A stretch of DNA of 64,000 nucleotides from Dicyema japonicum (GCA_011109175.1 RDEW01000006.1:595232-659231), one strand, 5' to 3'; positions 13,287 to 26,876 are shown, numbered from the stretch's first letter. Numbers and translations are program-made. The notes: generated from the sequence alone by a model not told the origin.

Positions 13287-14625
13287 GTGTGCTCCTTCAC
13301 CTGCAGGGTATCTTTCATCTTTCATGGAATGTTAGACATGGCTCTAAAGACCTTTTTTGGTGCTCTACAAAGTTTAAGAACTATTCGAAGGCTGACTGGC
13401 TTGGTTTTAGCACGTGTGTGGACAACAGTTTATATGGTTTTGCCGTGGAAAATTTTCCTTGTTTACTTGTCCCCCAGGTGCCCGAGTTGTATAACAGAAT
13501 GGGACGCATAAACGTGTTTTAGCCGTAGTCTGAGAGAGATGCGCCTTCTTCGTATCCAAATATTCCACATTTTCTTAGTGGCCAGCATTTTTCTTCTGCT
13601 GATATCTTCCGGGTCTCCCAACAGTGAACCAAGTTTCTTTCGTATTTCCATTTTCATCATTTTTTATATAAATTTTGTGATCTGGTGATAACTGGGACCA
13701 AAATTGATAGATGACTTTGGTGATCCCCTCGTTATAGTTTGACTGCAGCAAACAGTCGACCCCCATATTTTTGTTACTGACTTTTTTATGCTTTGTCAAC
13801 CAAGATTCGTTAACTCCTTTGCTCGGTTTCTTATTTGGTGGAGAATTTTATTCCGTTTTCTACTTAGAATGCTCCATTTTTGACTATTAAGCAGTCCAAT
13901 TTTATTTTGGTCTACAGATGACTGTCTGATTGCAGGGTCTCTTCTGGCCCTTTCCTCGATATCCGACAAGCTCCTCCGCCGTTGATTTTAGAGCGTTCGA
14001 AACCGTAGCAAGTGCTATAGTTGGTTCTTTGGTAGTGTCAACTTCACACAAGCGCTTCATCACGGTGTTTTGGTAGAACTTTCTTTTTGTGATGTTCTCA
14101 GTTAGAGTCTCCGTAGCCAGTGGCGACCCGTGGTTGCAACCTTTTTTTCGGTCCATTATGTTAAGTACATTGATTAATGTCATTCTTCGAGGGCGGGGAT
14201 ATCCGAATTTGGATTAGAGCGATACGGTCATTGAAGGATTCCCACAATGGCGGATATGGATGGGCGTGATGCTTGAACAGGATTCGATTCACTTTCTCTG
14301 CGGAAACTAGAAATTCCTTAATTAGACGTTAATTAATGAAACTACCATTGATTTCCGTTGCTTTAAAAGCAATTGTGTCGACAGAGATCAATAATTAGAA
14401 TCTAATTGATTAAGCTGGAACCACAAGAAGGTGAATAAGATTTGTCTTTGAACTAAGGGATCACGGTCTGCCTTCTAGGCGACCAGGAGCCACTCTTTCC
14501 CTGTCCGGGTCCGCCTTGGAGTCTAGCGCCACATCAAATGCACCTGATGGATCTCTGGTAGTGTCCGCTCTTGGTTATGATTTTCCTGTTAGCCACCTGT
14601 TTCACTTAAAGGGACGAGGATTAAA
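13287..14625 (-). mobile_element. degenerate, internally deleted RTE-clade LINE with a Family B head at its 5' end (14588-14625)
   Basis: Fragments KKLGSLLGDPEDISRRKMLA...LRLRLK...LYNSGTWG (RTE thumb region) and NALKSTAEELVGY (linker); many stops. Confidence 0.65.
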
Positions 14626-15212
14626 GTGATCAGGGCCTGTTTACCAAGCTTCCTCCTGCGGTTAGACTAAATTAGATGATAACCCTTATCTTCTTTTTTT
14701 GTTGTTTCCCGGGTTAATAAATTAAATTTTCTTCCTGCAATGTAGGTCGCATAAGAAAACTCGATTTTCGTGCCTCAAAGACACCCAATCGACGGTTTTC
14801 ATGAGTTGCTTGTATGTATTCTACTTTGAACTAGACTAGCTGATAAATCAATTTGCTAGCTCCCAAAGATCCACCACTTTCAAGCCGAGACCTGGTGGTC
14901 CAGCGATAGCAAAGAGGTCCTTAACTTTTTTACAGTCAGAGATGGATGATGTCCACAATGTAGACATGCAAGTTCCGCTCTGATAGTTCTCGGGGGCGAC
15001 TGTTCGGAGGCACTAATCTCAGAAAGTCTGACCTCAGTAAATAAAATTATTCCAAAGACCAACAGTAAAGCCGAACTGACTAATCCTGTGATCCTGACGC
15101 GTTCCATAGAGCTCTCATCCGGGTGTATTGATCCAGTAGACATTGTCCGGGAGCTAAGATCGAATCCATAACTCGTCGGGGAACGAAATAGTCTCCCGGT
15201 GGAATGAAGGGA

Positions 15213-15276
15213 TGGGTCCTTTTGAATACCTCTCAGACATTAGACATCTCCTGAATTAAGTGAATCCAATGACGCC
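15213..15276 (-). repeat. Family A repeat core; the element spans about 15050-15335
   Basis: Aligns with the 3709, 30782 and 32574 copies and their ccaaagacc...gatcctgac flank. Confidence 0.7.
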
Positions 15277-15477
15277 ACTAGAAGGAAGGAAAAGAAATCT
15301 CCAGTCAAGTATACACATGACACCACGTGGCCATATTATTGCGGATACTAAGCAAGCTGGCATGAAACTTCAATTCTGGCTTCCATAAACTTTAAAACAT
15401 AGGATTAATTATTTAGTTTAATAATTTCGTCAATTATATGATGGCATCCCCCTTCTCTGCAGAAGTTGGCGATCTTC

Positions 15478-16375
15478 TCAAACTGGGGTAAAAACCCAAA
15501 CAACCTTATTCGTGTGACTCAGTTGTTTTTTCCACCAAACTAAAATTATATTTTTCGCCAATATTTTCCTGTTTCCCCGCCGGTTTATATTCTCAATGTT
15601 TTTGGCGACCTGACTTAAGTAATTTCCGCATTCGCTAGAAAAACGTGACAAAAGGTCGGGTTCGTTCATCACAATTTCCGATAAATCATCAATTATTCGA
15701 ACCACGTGGTCTTTGTTTACTTCAAATTTAAACTAAACAATACGTTTGAGGAAACTCAAGTAACACTCACTTTTCATCACAACATTGGCATTCTAGAAAT
15801 TAATTTATGAATACAGAATTTTCGTTAATTTCCTTTTCCAGGAAAATTTTAAACTTTAGTGGATTTTCGATCGTCGAATAAGCGATCTCCAAAAAGCCTG
15901 AATAAAAGGAAGCGAATTTTTGGGCGAAGGGGTTCTTTGGTGCCACTGAAAACGATCTTTCTATGGGATGGTTGGCATAACAGAAGATTTGACTCAATTT
16001 GGAGTTTTCTGTCAACACGCAATTTCCAGAAAGCCCAAAATTGAGACACGTGCCTTCTGAACATACGACAATTGCCTCATTTTGATTTATTTGAGAATAA
16101 TTTTTAGCGATACACTTCGAGTGGAATGCACGAAAATGAGTTTCTGTCCCCACAAAAAAAGTATACGAATTATTGTCTTCGCAATTCTTGTAGCATTGAA
16201 TGTAAAATACGGTAAGACCTATTAGACTGTCAAATATAACTGCTGAGCTAGTTAGTTCATCTTCTTCTGCAGTTTGTTCGCAACAAAATACTTGTAGCTG
16301 GGTAAAAGGCTTAGAAATTTGAAATACGATATTTTTCGTGTATTTATTGTTGTTTACTATTTTTAGGTCTTCCAC
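15478..16375 (-). CDS. hypothetical protein, multi-exon
   Basis: 191-aa open frame starting next to an AT-rich spacer, continued by a second frame at 15478-15705; two CACGTG; no family recognised. Confidence 0.5.
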
Positions 16376-16432
16376 ATAAAATTTATTATTTATTTTAATT
16401 ATAAAATAAATATATTTTTTATCTAAAATAAT

Positions 16433-17225
16433 TTAAAATTCATTCAAACCTTTATAATTTTTATAAAACTTTAATTTTTCGACAAACAAATTTGGGAATG
16501 GAACGACTAGTTTTGTGGGATTTTGAAAACGATAATTCGTCATAACAATTTCTATCGGCATAGTGATCGCTTCTATCTTTCTGGAAATTTCGTGTCGTTT
16601 ACAAAACAAAGCATTTAAATCCAAGTATTTGCTCTACAATTACCAACTACTATACCCGATAATCTACTACAAAGTTGCTATAAAAACTGGATTCTATGTT
16701 CATGATTACCCTCAGGCTTTCAATCACGTCAATTTGGTCCACCTCGCGTGTAATTTTCATGCTTTCCTTCGCTGGTTTAGCTACCACTATGAAGTTCCCC
16801 CCGCTTGTTAGGGGAGCCTTCATCACTGCAAGTTTAACGTTCTAGGAATGATTTATTGGAAATTTTTATTTTCTCTAAAAACAAGCAATACAATGTTATT
16901 GTCCATAATTTGGCCCATTTCAGTAGCTAGGTCAACCCACGTGTCAGAAGTTAACTTCTTTATGGTGACCTCGTGTTTGAATCCTCGAAGATCCTGACAA
17001 GGAATAGCAAGTTTGTAGTTGCAACCAAAATTGAATATTTAAAATACATTCTTTAGGATGTACGTTTATCAAATTGCTGATGACGCGTTCGCTCACATCC
17101 ACGTGTATTTGGTGATCCCCAACAAATGAGTCGCAAATATCCACGTTTTTCCCGCCAGAATTAGTTTGAATTAAAGAAATTAAAACTTGGTCATTTCTAA
17201 AACCTCTCCAATCTTGGAAGTCCAT
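16433..17225 (-). CDS. hypothetical protein, multi-exon
   Basis: Successive open frames (MDFQDWRGF..., VKLAVMKAPL..., RFQNPTKLVVPFPNLF) bounded by AT-rich spacers. Confidence 0.4.
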
Positions 17226-17414
17226 TGATGATTTCGTAGTCTACCTTTTTATATTGAATCCGACGTAATCGTAATTATCATCCAATAAATTACATGTACG
17301 TACATTTTAAGTACATGTTCTCATTTAGGTCAAATTTAATAAAGTTTTCAATTTTAGATTTAAGCACACGTGTTCGATCCCCCACAATCCTCCGGCTTTG
17401 GTTTTTACTTTTCT

Positions 17415-17458
17415 GTTAGCCGCTAGTTTCTTCCGCTTGAAGGGGCTGAGAGGTAAAT
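17415..17458 (-). repeat. Family B repeat head
   Basis: Reverse strand reads atttacctctcagccccttcaagcggaagaaactagcggctaac. Confidence 0.6.
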
Positions 17459-17536
17459 CAATCATAAACCTTGGAGATCATGATCGTCGTTGATAGCAAA
17501 TAAGACCTAAGATTCGCCACGTGTTGTTATGATTAA

Positions 17537-17877
17537 TTGTATGATAGGGGACATTTACGAAATTACCAAGGAAGTAAGTTCATGACGACCTGTCTGATTA
17601 TTAAGTTATCCCCCGACGATGGGGGGTTGTTAAGTGTCGTAGTTGCTTGCAAAAATATTCCAGATGTGAGGACAGAAACCCGATTTATGTGGACTCCGAG
17701 AAAAAGGAACATGCTTACGTCATAGATTTACTGGACACTATCGGACTCCCGTCTTTCTCCCTAAACAGGAGTCAGTATTTTGAGATTAAGAGAAGAATAT
17801 ATTGTTTCAGGATTACAAGGTTAAGGAGAAAGAGTCTTCAACTAAATAGGCGATCCCAGTTTCCACGGTCAGAGTGA
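17537..17877 (+). CDS. possible divergent small-GTPase-like gene fragment
   Basis: YVIDLLDTIGLPSFSLNRSQYF resembles the Ras G3 region (LLDILDTAG...MRDQY); no clear G1 motif found. Confidence 0.25.
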
Positions 17878-17947
17878 GACGAATCCTTTCCAATCGCGTC
17901 CATTCAAATCAGCCTTTGTGGGACCTCTCAGTGTAGAAAGAAGAGCG

Positions 17948-18008
17948 AGATCCTTTTTGTATCCTGCCAGGTACTGGGGTCTCCTTGGACAGTGAAAGAT
18001 GTCAAGCC
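17948..18008 (-). repeat. Family A repeat core (decayed)
   Basis: gatcctttttgtatcctgccaggtactggggtctcc. Confidence 0.6.
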
Positions 18009-19455
18009 TAAAATGAGTTTGTCAAAATTAGAACACGAGGCCAGCTGATGAGTAATTGATGTGATGACGTGGTTGTATCCCACAAATATCGTGTAAACAC
18101 TCAAACTCTTCAAACTGCGCTTGAATTTTACAAATCCAGAATAATTTTCAGAGAATTACGAAAATAAGAAATTCTCGACTTTTTAGAATTCGAAAAATTG
18201 TCCATCGCTGATGAGAATCCAGATTCCCGGCAAAACAGTCACATTTAATAACCCCAGGCTTACAATATTTGGTAAGCCCAGCACAGCTACAACTAATTAA
18301 TCCAAGGAAGGAACCAAAGGGAGAACGTCTCTCCATCCTCCAATTGTCCATTACAGGCTTTCACATCAGAGTCCGCACTCCTTCATTTTCGTCACACGTC
18401 CTACCATTGTGGACATCACTTCATTCTTAGGCGGAAGAGTTTTCATAATGGTAATCTTCACTATGGAGTTGGCCAGGGAGAAGGTAGGAAGATCCCTTCC
18501 AACAACTGTGTCGTGCCAGAAGGACTCGTCACTTCACGGGTGGGATCTAGTTGATGAGAATTGACCTTCACTTCAAAGTCCATCTTTCAAACCCACAACA
18601 GTCAGATCCATGTCATCAGACACTGCGTTCATCCAAGAAAGACCAACCGTTACATCGAAGAGATAAGTTCCCGGTGGGTCACCTGCTCTTAGAGAAAACT
18701 GCATACGATTTTATCCGCCATATCTAACTTCTAGTAGTTTGTTTGCTAGTGAATACGAGTCGAGCACCAAACTGCCATTCCAGATTCCTTTGAAGAAATT
18801 AATACGAAAACAGGAACATTCCTTGTAGCCACCGAAGCTCAAAGGACTCTACGGATATCTGAAACTTCACTATTTCTTATAACGTTAGTGTTCTCTAAGA
18901 TATGTCATCAAACCTTTCAAGTTAAAACCCAAGTTGATAAAATAACCAGGGATGTTTACATATTCTCAAAAGCCGCGACGACGTTTGTTCTCCAGTTAAT
19001 CTCAGTTCCAATTGTGGGAGGCAACGCTATTTGATCAATTATTTTTGTTAATCAACTCTGTCCAGTTGGAGCCTTTCGGACTGACCCCAGCCAGCCAAAG
19101 GCCTTAAGAGACAACTTTCTTCCCATGGAAAAGCGGTAGATACCTTCTCTGGGATGCCACCTGTGTGGATAGCCTCCCTCAAACCTTGCTATGATAACAA
19201 CTAACCCAGGATCAGGTTCGGAAAAGGCTGAAGAAATGCGAATGTCTCAGTAGACAGTTCATTTTTGAACCAGTCGCCGTGAAAAAGTCAGGAATCATAG
19301 GAAGAAGGTCATTGACCCTGCTAAACAGAGTCGGATCGTTTATCGCAAAGGAAAAAGGATACGAGAAAGGAGTTGGGTACGCATATAACCAATTTTGCCT
19401 TGATTGATTGAGGTATACCATCCAGGCATAAAGAGTCTGGATGGGGAAGAGCAAA

Positions 19456-19516
19456 TGGTTCTTTTTGGTGTATTATTACACTGAGCGCCACCACAAAAGG
19501 TGAACCACATGACGCC
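19456..19516 (-). repeat. Family A repeat core, best-folding variant
   Basis: Reverse strand ggcgtc-atg-tggttc-acc-ttttgt-ggt-ggcgctc-a-gtgta-ataa-tacac-caaaaa-gaacca, all four stems intact. Confidence 0.75.
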
Positions 19517-19685
19517 ACGAGAAAATTATCCTTATCCTTGATTGATTAAATGATAATGACTTTGATCTTAGTGATTGAACATCAAAGAGAACCACAAATG
19601 AAAATGAAGGTTTAAAAACAATCCTGAAAAATAAGTTGCGTAATTAACAAAAATCAAAAAAAATCAAGACAGATATGGACATTGA

Positions 19686-20375
19686 TCAAACCGAATCCTT
19701 GTGGGCGCTAGTCTCATGCTTTGCACGTGACGATAAATCAACAAAGACCTGCCCACACATAAATCGACAAGGATAAGGTTTTTCGCCTGTATGCTGTTTT
19801 ATGTGCTTCATCAGATCGGACTTGGTCTTGCCGTAGTAACTGCAGATTGTGCAATGATGAGGGGATTTGGTTACTCCCGCTTCTGAAAAATAAAACATGA
19901 CTGGTACCGGAGGCTAGAGGAGTACCCTCTTTCGATTTGATCTTTATGGGGGATTTTTTCCCGAGAGGGGTTTTGGCAGGCGTCAAATTCCTCGATCTTT
20001 TTGTCGGCTTTACGGGAGCAGGTGAGTTGACATTGACCTTGGTGGGGGCTAAAATTAGACAAGGAGACAACTTTTGCTTTTCTTAGGAGTCAGTAGTGAC
20101 TCGTTAATAGGAGGAGCTGACTTATTCTCTGAAAATATTAGACTCATCTTCTTGGAAAGAAAAGCAGACAAGTGGGCCGACAGCCAACAAGGGAGTCCCT
20201 CGGAAACTACAGAATATAGTAGAAATTACTAACAATCCCCAGAAATAACCCCATGGACATCAATTTCAGCCATTTTATAATCCAGCCAAATCATAAAGTC
20301 AGACATGTTCCCTGACTCGCGAACCTGGTCGATCAAATTCAAAAACGAAGTCACAGACGCCGCCTCACTGCTCAT
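19686..20375 (-). CDS. BTB-like domain plus two C2H2 zinc fingers (ZBTB-like)
   Basis: C-terminal CTICSYYGKTKSDLMKHIKQH-TGEKPY-PCRFMCGQVFVDLSSRAKHETSAH; N-terminal LIDQVRESGNMSDFMIWLD...VHGVISG resembles a BTB start. Confidence 0.7.
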
Positions 20376-20479
20376 GTCGATCAATCAACGATATTTTCAA
20401 GTTTATTTTCTTTGATGATGCGTCTAACGCTGACCTATTGATTTGTTAGAGCACTTGTGGACTAACACTTACACTCAGA

Positions 20480-21350
20480 TCTTCACCAAGGAGGACCCAG
20501 TTTACGTGAACGAATGACATGTTCAGCAGGCACGTGGGCCTTAACAATTAACGAAGTTTATCACCAAAGGAAAGTAAAGAGGGTACTTTTAGACTTCATA
20601 TAGCATAAGTCTTGCCACAGTTTGGACTCTTCTCCTGCGACCCCAGATCCCTCTCATATTTCATTTCGCGCTGCGATGTATGAGTCAAGGATCGCATCTT
20701 TTTCAGAAAGTTTGCTATCCTTTTCTGCTACTTCTCTGATTTACACTAATAGCCGACCTTTATCCTCATCTAAAGTTTGGCAATCATGACTCGTGGGCCT
20801 TCTGTGATTTGCAATACTGTCATTAATAATCGTTATTTGAATAGATTTTATGCAAATTATACAAGAAATGAGAATTCTGAAGAAAACTTAAAGATTTCAT
20901 TCTTGGGGGACAAAGAAATTCTAAAGTCGATCGGGATCACCTTTGATCAGTATTTTGAGGGATTAAACTCATAGTGAAGTGGTTACTCATATATTTTCTG
21001 TTAAGCGAAATTTGCTTAATATTCGATTCCGTTGCTCAAGGAAGGAAGCACGTGAATGTAAAGATACTGTAGAGTTGATCTAATTGGGGATTCCTCGTCC
21101 TTCTGACTCGCCAAAGTTCAGCCTAATCCAGACGGGATTCGAAACTTTATGCATAGCATTTGAGTACGTTGTTGCCTACGTGCACATGAGAAGGCGACGA
21201 GAGAGCACACTCATTTTTATGAAATGAAGACATTTAGTGTGCCAACCACCTCAACCTTCTGTCCAATTAACAGCTAACTGGAAGAGTGCGCAAAGTAACC
21301 TACAATTAATCAACCAACCGAGTCTTATAATAAGTCCTGAATCATTGACC
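20480..21350 (+). CDS. possible multi-exon hypothetical gene divergent from the BTB-ZF gene
   Basis: Short open frames separated by GT..AG-like 20-26 nt gaps; two CACGTG; exon structure unresolved. Confidence 0.25.
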
Positions 21351-21379
21351 CAAAAAAGAATGCAAAAATAAGTGGCTGC

Positions 21380-21428
21380 CGTTCAAATGGATCACCATAC
21401 ATTTCCCTCGGATTGTTACAGCCAGGAT
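21380..21428 (-). pseudogene. 49-bp duplicate of an MTA BAH-domain exon segment
   Basis: 46/49 identical to 23124-23172. Confidence 0.8.
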
Positions 21429-21536
21429 TCATTTGACAAATCCGGATATACGAAAAGAGATTAAGAATTATACGGTAAATCTAGTTCTCCCATAACCACC
21501 AATGTAAGGCCCCCTCCACTGGAGTAAGGAAAAGAA

Positions 21537-21600
21537 GGATCCTTTTTAAATGACGACCAGACACTAAGCGTCTCTCGGATCAGGAGAATCTCATGCCTTC
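21537..21600 (-). repeat. Family A repeat core (decayed)
   Basis: ggatcctttttaaatgacgaccagacactaagcgtctctc. Confidence 0.6.
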
Positions 21601-21802
21601 AATGAATTGAATAAGGCAGAGAGGAATCCTCTGATCGACGTGGAAATCGAATCCACAGCTAATCGACAACACTAACCACAGTAGGCCTGGTCATCATAAA
21701 ACCCAGTGAATGTGATATGAAATGACTACCGAATAGCCTGTAGAGTGTTTACATGTAATAAAAACAAAAAACGAACATAAATATCACAAAGGAAACATAG
21801 TA

Positions 21803-23416
21803 CTACCATCTATTCGTAACACTACCATCTATCTTCATACTTTCATAATTACGAACTTCACTCCCACAATCATTGACACCACAATCCATCAAACAAGACA
21901 CAATCTCACTCATACTACGACTACACGTGTATGACCTACGCTTGTTGTTGATTCCATTCCCAGAGTCCAAGTACTTTTGGCCTACTTTGACTTAACCACA
22001 TATACATAGTTTACGAGCAGCCAACAGGTCTATTCGACAGAAAGGCCGCAACCTCAGTGTAGAATAAGACAACAATGAAGCTGCTGCAGCCACATTCCTG
22101 GCCATTCTCCCAATCGGAGTCACAACCAGACAAAATGATAATGGCATTTTACGCGGGCCATTTTCGTTATTGGTGAGATTCGGCGATACTCCATACTTCC
22201 TCCAGTAGGACCAACAATCACAACAAAAGGCCATTGAGTCAGTCTCCGCTTTATACGTCGGTCCACTATGCCCACATCCTTTGCAAGAGGACTCCAACGA
22301 CATATTTGTGTCCACCGGGCCACTAAATTGGTTTAAAACACTTCTACATGCTAGCGACGTTGATTTTTGTCAATTTCTGTTGCTTTTGTATTATTTTTGC
22401 CGCTTTCTAAAATATTGCAAAATATATAACTGCGGGGGAGTAACGATTTGTTGTCTTCCACATGTAGTAGAATTCCACCAGACTTCCGATTGTCTTCCAG
22501 GGAAGCTGAAAATCATTAAATCATCTACAAAGCACTCCTTGATCATAGTGAAGTTCTTTGAGGTCTTCTCTATCCCCTGCTCAAACAGAGACACCTCCGA
22601 GGGTGACCACCGCTCTAATTCATCCACACAGAGTACGGGAGACCCATCGGGAGAAAGGAGACTGATTGCCTTCGTCATGTCGTAGTTAGCAGTGTGAAAA
22701 AACGTCGTGAGCGTGCTGAAGGGTCAGATCTCTGCATGAAGAAGCCACACTGGTATGAAGAGAAGGCTGAATCACAGAACTAACACAATCCAAAGCACGT
22801 GCGAATACCCCCATTCCACTAAACCTTAAAGCACATCCAAACTGCACGACATTTAAAAATGTGTCCATTTCAATCGACGCTGGGGAACGGTCAGCAACCC
22901 ATAGAGGGGTCTCACAGTCCTCTGGGTTAAGTCCATCAACTGGGAATATTACTGAATATGGAATACACGTGGGTATCTGAGGTAGGATTGCCTGGTTTTG
23001 TGACCCAATATGAATCTCCCCTTTATACAATTTCTTCTGTCCATCACAGACGGAATAGAACCAGTCCTGAAGTGAAATGACAGACTACCTCGTTGGAGGT
23101 GATTTCCTTGATGTTGTCAAAGTCGTTCAAATGGATCACCACACATTTCCCTCGGATTGTCCCAGCCAGGATCCAGGAGATGGAGTCAGGGTGGGAAATC
23201 AGCTTTCTGGGGGCATCGTCAACCCGTTCATAGTCATGGACCTTTATTTCTACATCCCCTGAAGGAACCTAAGTAGGTAACGAACTTGCCAAACTGCTCT
23301 CATTTCATGGATTTTTTTAATATCGTAGGGTTTATTGTAGTCAGATTCAACATATACGTGATCTATTCGTTATATTTGCGAGCCTTACCATTAATATTGT
23401 ATATGAAATCAGTCAT
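21803..23416 (-). CDS. MTA: Metastasis-associated protein (MTA1/2/3 family; BAH-ELM2-SANT-GATA), NuRD subunit; 3' end approximate
   Basis: [19 protein letters not shown] (BAH); [28 protein letters not shown] (ELM2); [25 protein letters not shown] (SANT); [12 protein letters not shown] (GATA); 22-26 nt introns. Confidence 0.92.
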
Positions 23417-23599
23417 CACAACACCAAAAAAGTTCAAAATTTTTAAATTATTTAATTAATAAATAAAACATCTAAGTTTTATTTTTTTCTGTTTTTATAT
23501 AATTAATTCGTATATATTTCCACATATTGTTGAACTATTCATTTGATTGAGGTGCTGACATCCCTCTAATTTGCTCCATGTTTTCCAAACAAGAAACCG

Positions 23600-23960
23600 T
23601 AGTTTAAACAGCTACCACAGATCACAACTACGGGAAGCACTTAATATACGACACCCAATGAAAATCTTAAACTCTGATTTATATAACCGTAGCAAATCTC
23701 ATGAACTATCATTGATATCTGAAAATCAAGATGTAGGCTCTTTGGCCTTATCCTACCAATGGAAATAGTTACTCCTGCAAATTTTGCAATGGAAACATAC
23801 TTTACACAGTGCGGAGGTGCATTCAGTGGAAGGACAAGAACTATACTACCATCTATTTTGTACCAGGAACTGAAAAGTTTTGGAAAGAAACTTGAAAATG
23901 CAGAAGACCTTGACTACTTAAGAGAAAAACCAAGAAAGAGGCCACCTGGAAGAAGATAAT
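23600..23960 (+). mobile_element. decayed 3' fragment of an RTE-like LINE
   Basis: METYFTQCGGAFSGRTRTILPSILYQEL resembles the C-terminal RTE fragments at about 13300 and 25000. Confidence 0.45.
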
Positions 23961-24879
23961 TAACGAAATTGTCATGAACGTGGCACAAAGGAAGCTTAAT
24001 TAACTTTGCTTAAAATAATAATGTCCATACCTCTAATTATTGACTCATTCAACATGTGACTTAACGACAGTGTAAGGAAACAATAGGATTTTCCTAAATT
24101 TGGTGTATCTATCAGTTGGTTGCAAGGGGCAACATCAGTCAGCAATTCAATATAGGACTTAATTTTCCTCGAATCGATGCAACCACGTGTGACAACAACC
24201 AAGTAAAAAAAACGAAATCCTGCGATGCAGATAGGAGATAGAGTCGACAAGAACCCTTATATCACTCTCCGTACGAGAAATTGTTCGATGGATCTGCGAC
24301 AGACGGCACGAGGAGGGTTTAATTCTCACATTGTTACCTACTTGGTCGAAGGATTTCTTTTCTGATCTTTGCCTTCTTCAATTTCAGAGGCGTTATTGGA
24401 CCCACCTATCTCATGAGACGCCCTATGATATCCGAAAAAGATTTTTCTCTTCCCTACTCCATTTGAGGAGTTTCCTGATACTTGGAAAAGATACGTCACT
24501 CATTTCCCGCCCTTTAAGACGAGAGACCGTGGTGTCGATAAGCATCGAATGTTAAACCACACCGGCAACAACATTTTCAACACCGTCAGATGCAATACAG
24601 ACACGGAATCTCATCGTCGAGGTAGGTTTCAATACTACGATTCAAGGGTCATTGATCCAGGCACAGTTCCCCCGTATCTCCCAGCAATCAGACGGGAAAC
24701 TTAGTTGTCTCTCGAATTCATATTTTCCAAAGATTTTTTATAAAAGCCTGTCTGCTCCGGTGGTCAAATTTCTGAGTACTTCATTTCGTTAGTTTTTTTT
24801 CTTGAGTTTGTTAAGTCAAAAATTGACGCAGTTACGCTATCTCATAGGACGTGACAAAGCACGTGCAACATGAATAATC

Positions 24880-26050
24880 TAACTACTAGTTAACTTCTCC
24901 ATCTCTGACGACTATTTGCCATTTCTCCACAATCTATCAAGGTCTTTGAGGCGTCTCCCGATTTCCTTAAAGTCTTCAATGACGATCGGTAAGATTGTCT
25001 TTGGCGACCACAGAATTTTGAAGCGTCCAGAACAAAGTAATCCTTCATGGCCACATTCGCAGAGGTTCCAGGCTCAGACGAAGTACATGTCCAAACAGCT
25101 TCCATTTTGCCTACAGGATCTCATACGAAATTGCTGTGCTCCTCGTTCTCTTAAAGAATGTCGGACTGGAGTGGTTGCAGGAGGATAGAATATGCTGAAG
25201 CTGGTCTCTGTGAAAGGGGTCAGCTTTCCAAGCTCCTGTCTTGTGCAAGTCCAAGTGTCTTGCGGTTATACAAGAGTATGGGTTTCAAAAGTGCGTTTTA
25301 AAGAAAAGCTCTTGTATCCACATCGAGTCCTTTACTAACAAACCAGGTTTTTCTGATTTTGTGCAGTGTGGCATTTGCTAATTTTTTTCTTGTTATGTCG
25401 CTTTCTCCAAGAAGGGAGCCCAGGTTTTGGTTTTCCGCTGATACTCCTCCATCCTCACTTCCTTTCTCCTGAGTTATGTGACTTCAAGTTTGTCCGGGTT
25501 TACAATAGGAACTATTCAGCCAACTTTCCCGGGATTGTGTTCACTATAATAACCGGTCTGAGATTTTCCAGTGTAGCCCTTGGTTTGTGAACCTTCTGAA
25601 CGGTACCAGGGTTCCCTCTCCCAATGATAGTATCCTGCTGATTCCGTACATTCCGTTTAAGATACGAGCAATGGTTTTATATGAGTTCCATATTTAAAGA
25701 ATTCGCCATTGAACCACATCATGCAGTATATTTCTATTACTGCCTACATTATTTCATGACCGATAAATCCTTGTCTTCCTTTTTTTCATGAATGTTTTTG
25801 AAGGACAAAGACATCCTACATTTCATTCCAGTTGTCTTGACAGCAATGCACGGAACTAGTCGAGAAGCTCTAGGTATTTCTTCTGTTCAGTCTTCTCCCC
25901 CAAATCTGCAGCGGATAGTGACTTTATAGCTCTTCGATGATGTTAGTAGAAGATAAAAGTCGACACATGTAAGGTACTAATCGATTTCCCTACGCCTACG
26001 GAAAGATTGTAATTTTATAGGACCGTTTTCCGTCTTCCTAGTCTTTGACA
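24880..26050 (-). mobile_element. degenerate RTE-clade LINE
   Basis: LLKPILLYN and WKLFGHVLRL...GRQR...ANSRQRWR in broken frames. Confidence 0.65.
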
Positions 26051-26085
26051 AAGGCTTCAGTATGGAAGGGAATCCGGCAGATTCC

Positions 26086-26215
26086 ATTAACCCTTTGTCC
26101 CTTCAAGTGAAAGAAACCGGTAGCTAACAGGAAAGTCACAACCAAGAACGAACACTCCCAGAGATCCGTCAGGTGTATCCGATGTGGTGCAGAACTCACA
26201 GACGGACCTGAACAA
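26086..26215 (+). repeat. Family B head plus downstream segment shared with 14480-14590 and 54490-54570
   Basis: gtcccttcaagtgaaagaaaccggtagctaacaggaaagtcacaacc...cccagagatccgtcaggtg. Confidence 0.7.
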
Positions 26216-26769
26216 GAGGTGCCTATTTATTATTATATTAATAAAAAAGGCCTAAAATGATTTTTATCAATTATAAATAAAAAAGTGATGTTAATATTGA
26301 AGAACATATCTGCGATTTAAAAAAAATATAGCATCAATAATTCCCTACACCATCTGCGCCCCCATGGTTGCGGGATAGGGAGTTAGCGGCTCTTTTCCAA
26401 CTCTTCAAGTGAGCACACGGCGTCACTATCGCACAGAGTAAGCTGGAAGTGTTACAAAACCGATGTCTCAGAATATTATTGAGATCGTCAAAATGACAAA
26501 GCCCCCTGACACCCCTCGGGCTGGACGCCTAGTTACTGCCTACGTGGAAATTAATCAAGGACTCCAAAACTAACCACAGGAAAAGGACTGGTATGGACAT
26601 CGGAATCAGTTAAATAGACGATAACTCTTATCCTCTTGTGGACTAATCACAATGAAACTAAAAATGTAAATACAGTTATCGTTAAAATCAGCTTTATTTA
26701 ACCACAGAAAAAGTTAAAATTTAGCAAACAGGAACCTTCCTCACCTACATGCTCGCCAGCCTCCTTGGG

Positions 26770-26876
26770 CAGATTTGATTCTGGTTGCTGAAACAGCTCC
26801 GAGATCGCCTTGTCCAATTGAGCCCTCTACCCATATGGCATCTCTGGGGTCTGGCTTCTATACTCCAGTGTCAGAA
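26770..26876 (-). mobile_element. 3' ORF fragment of the R4/NeSL-like element
   Basis: High DNA similarity to 47745-47843. Confidence 0.8.

Noticed and set aside
18200-18245. Hammerhead-like CTGATGA followed by a small hairpin
   Set aside because: No GAAA after stem II and no convincing stems I and III
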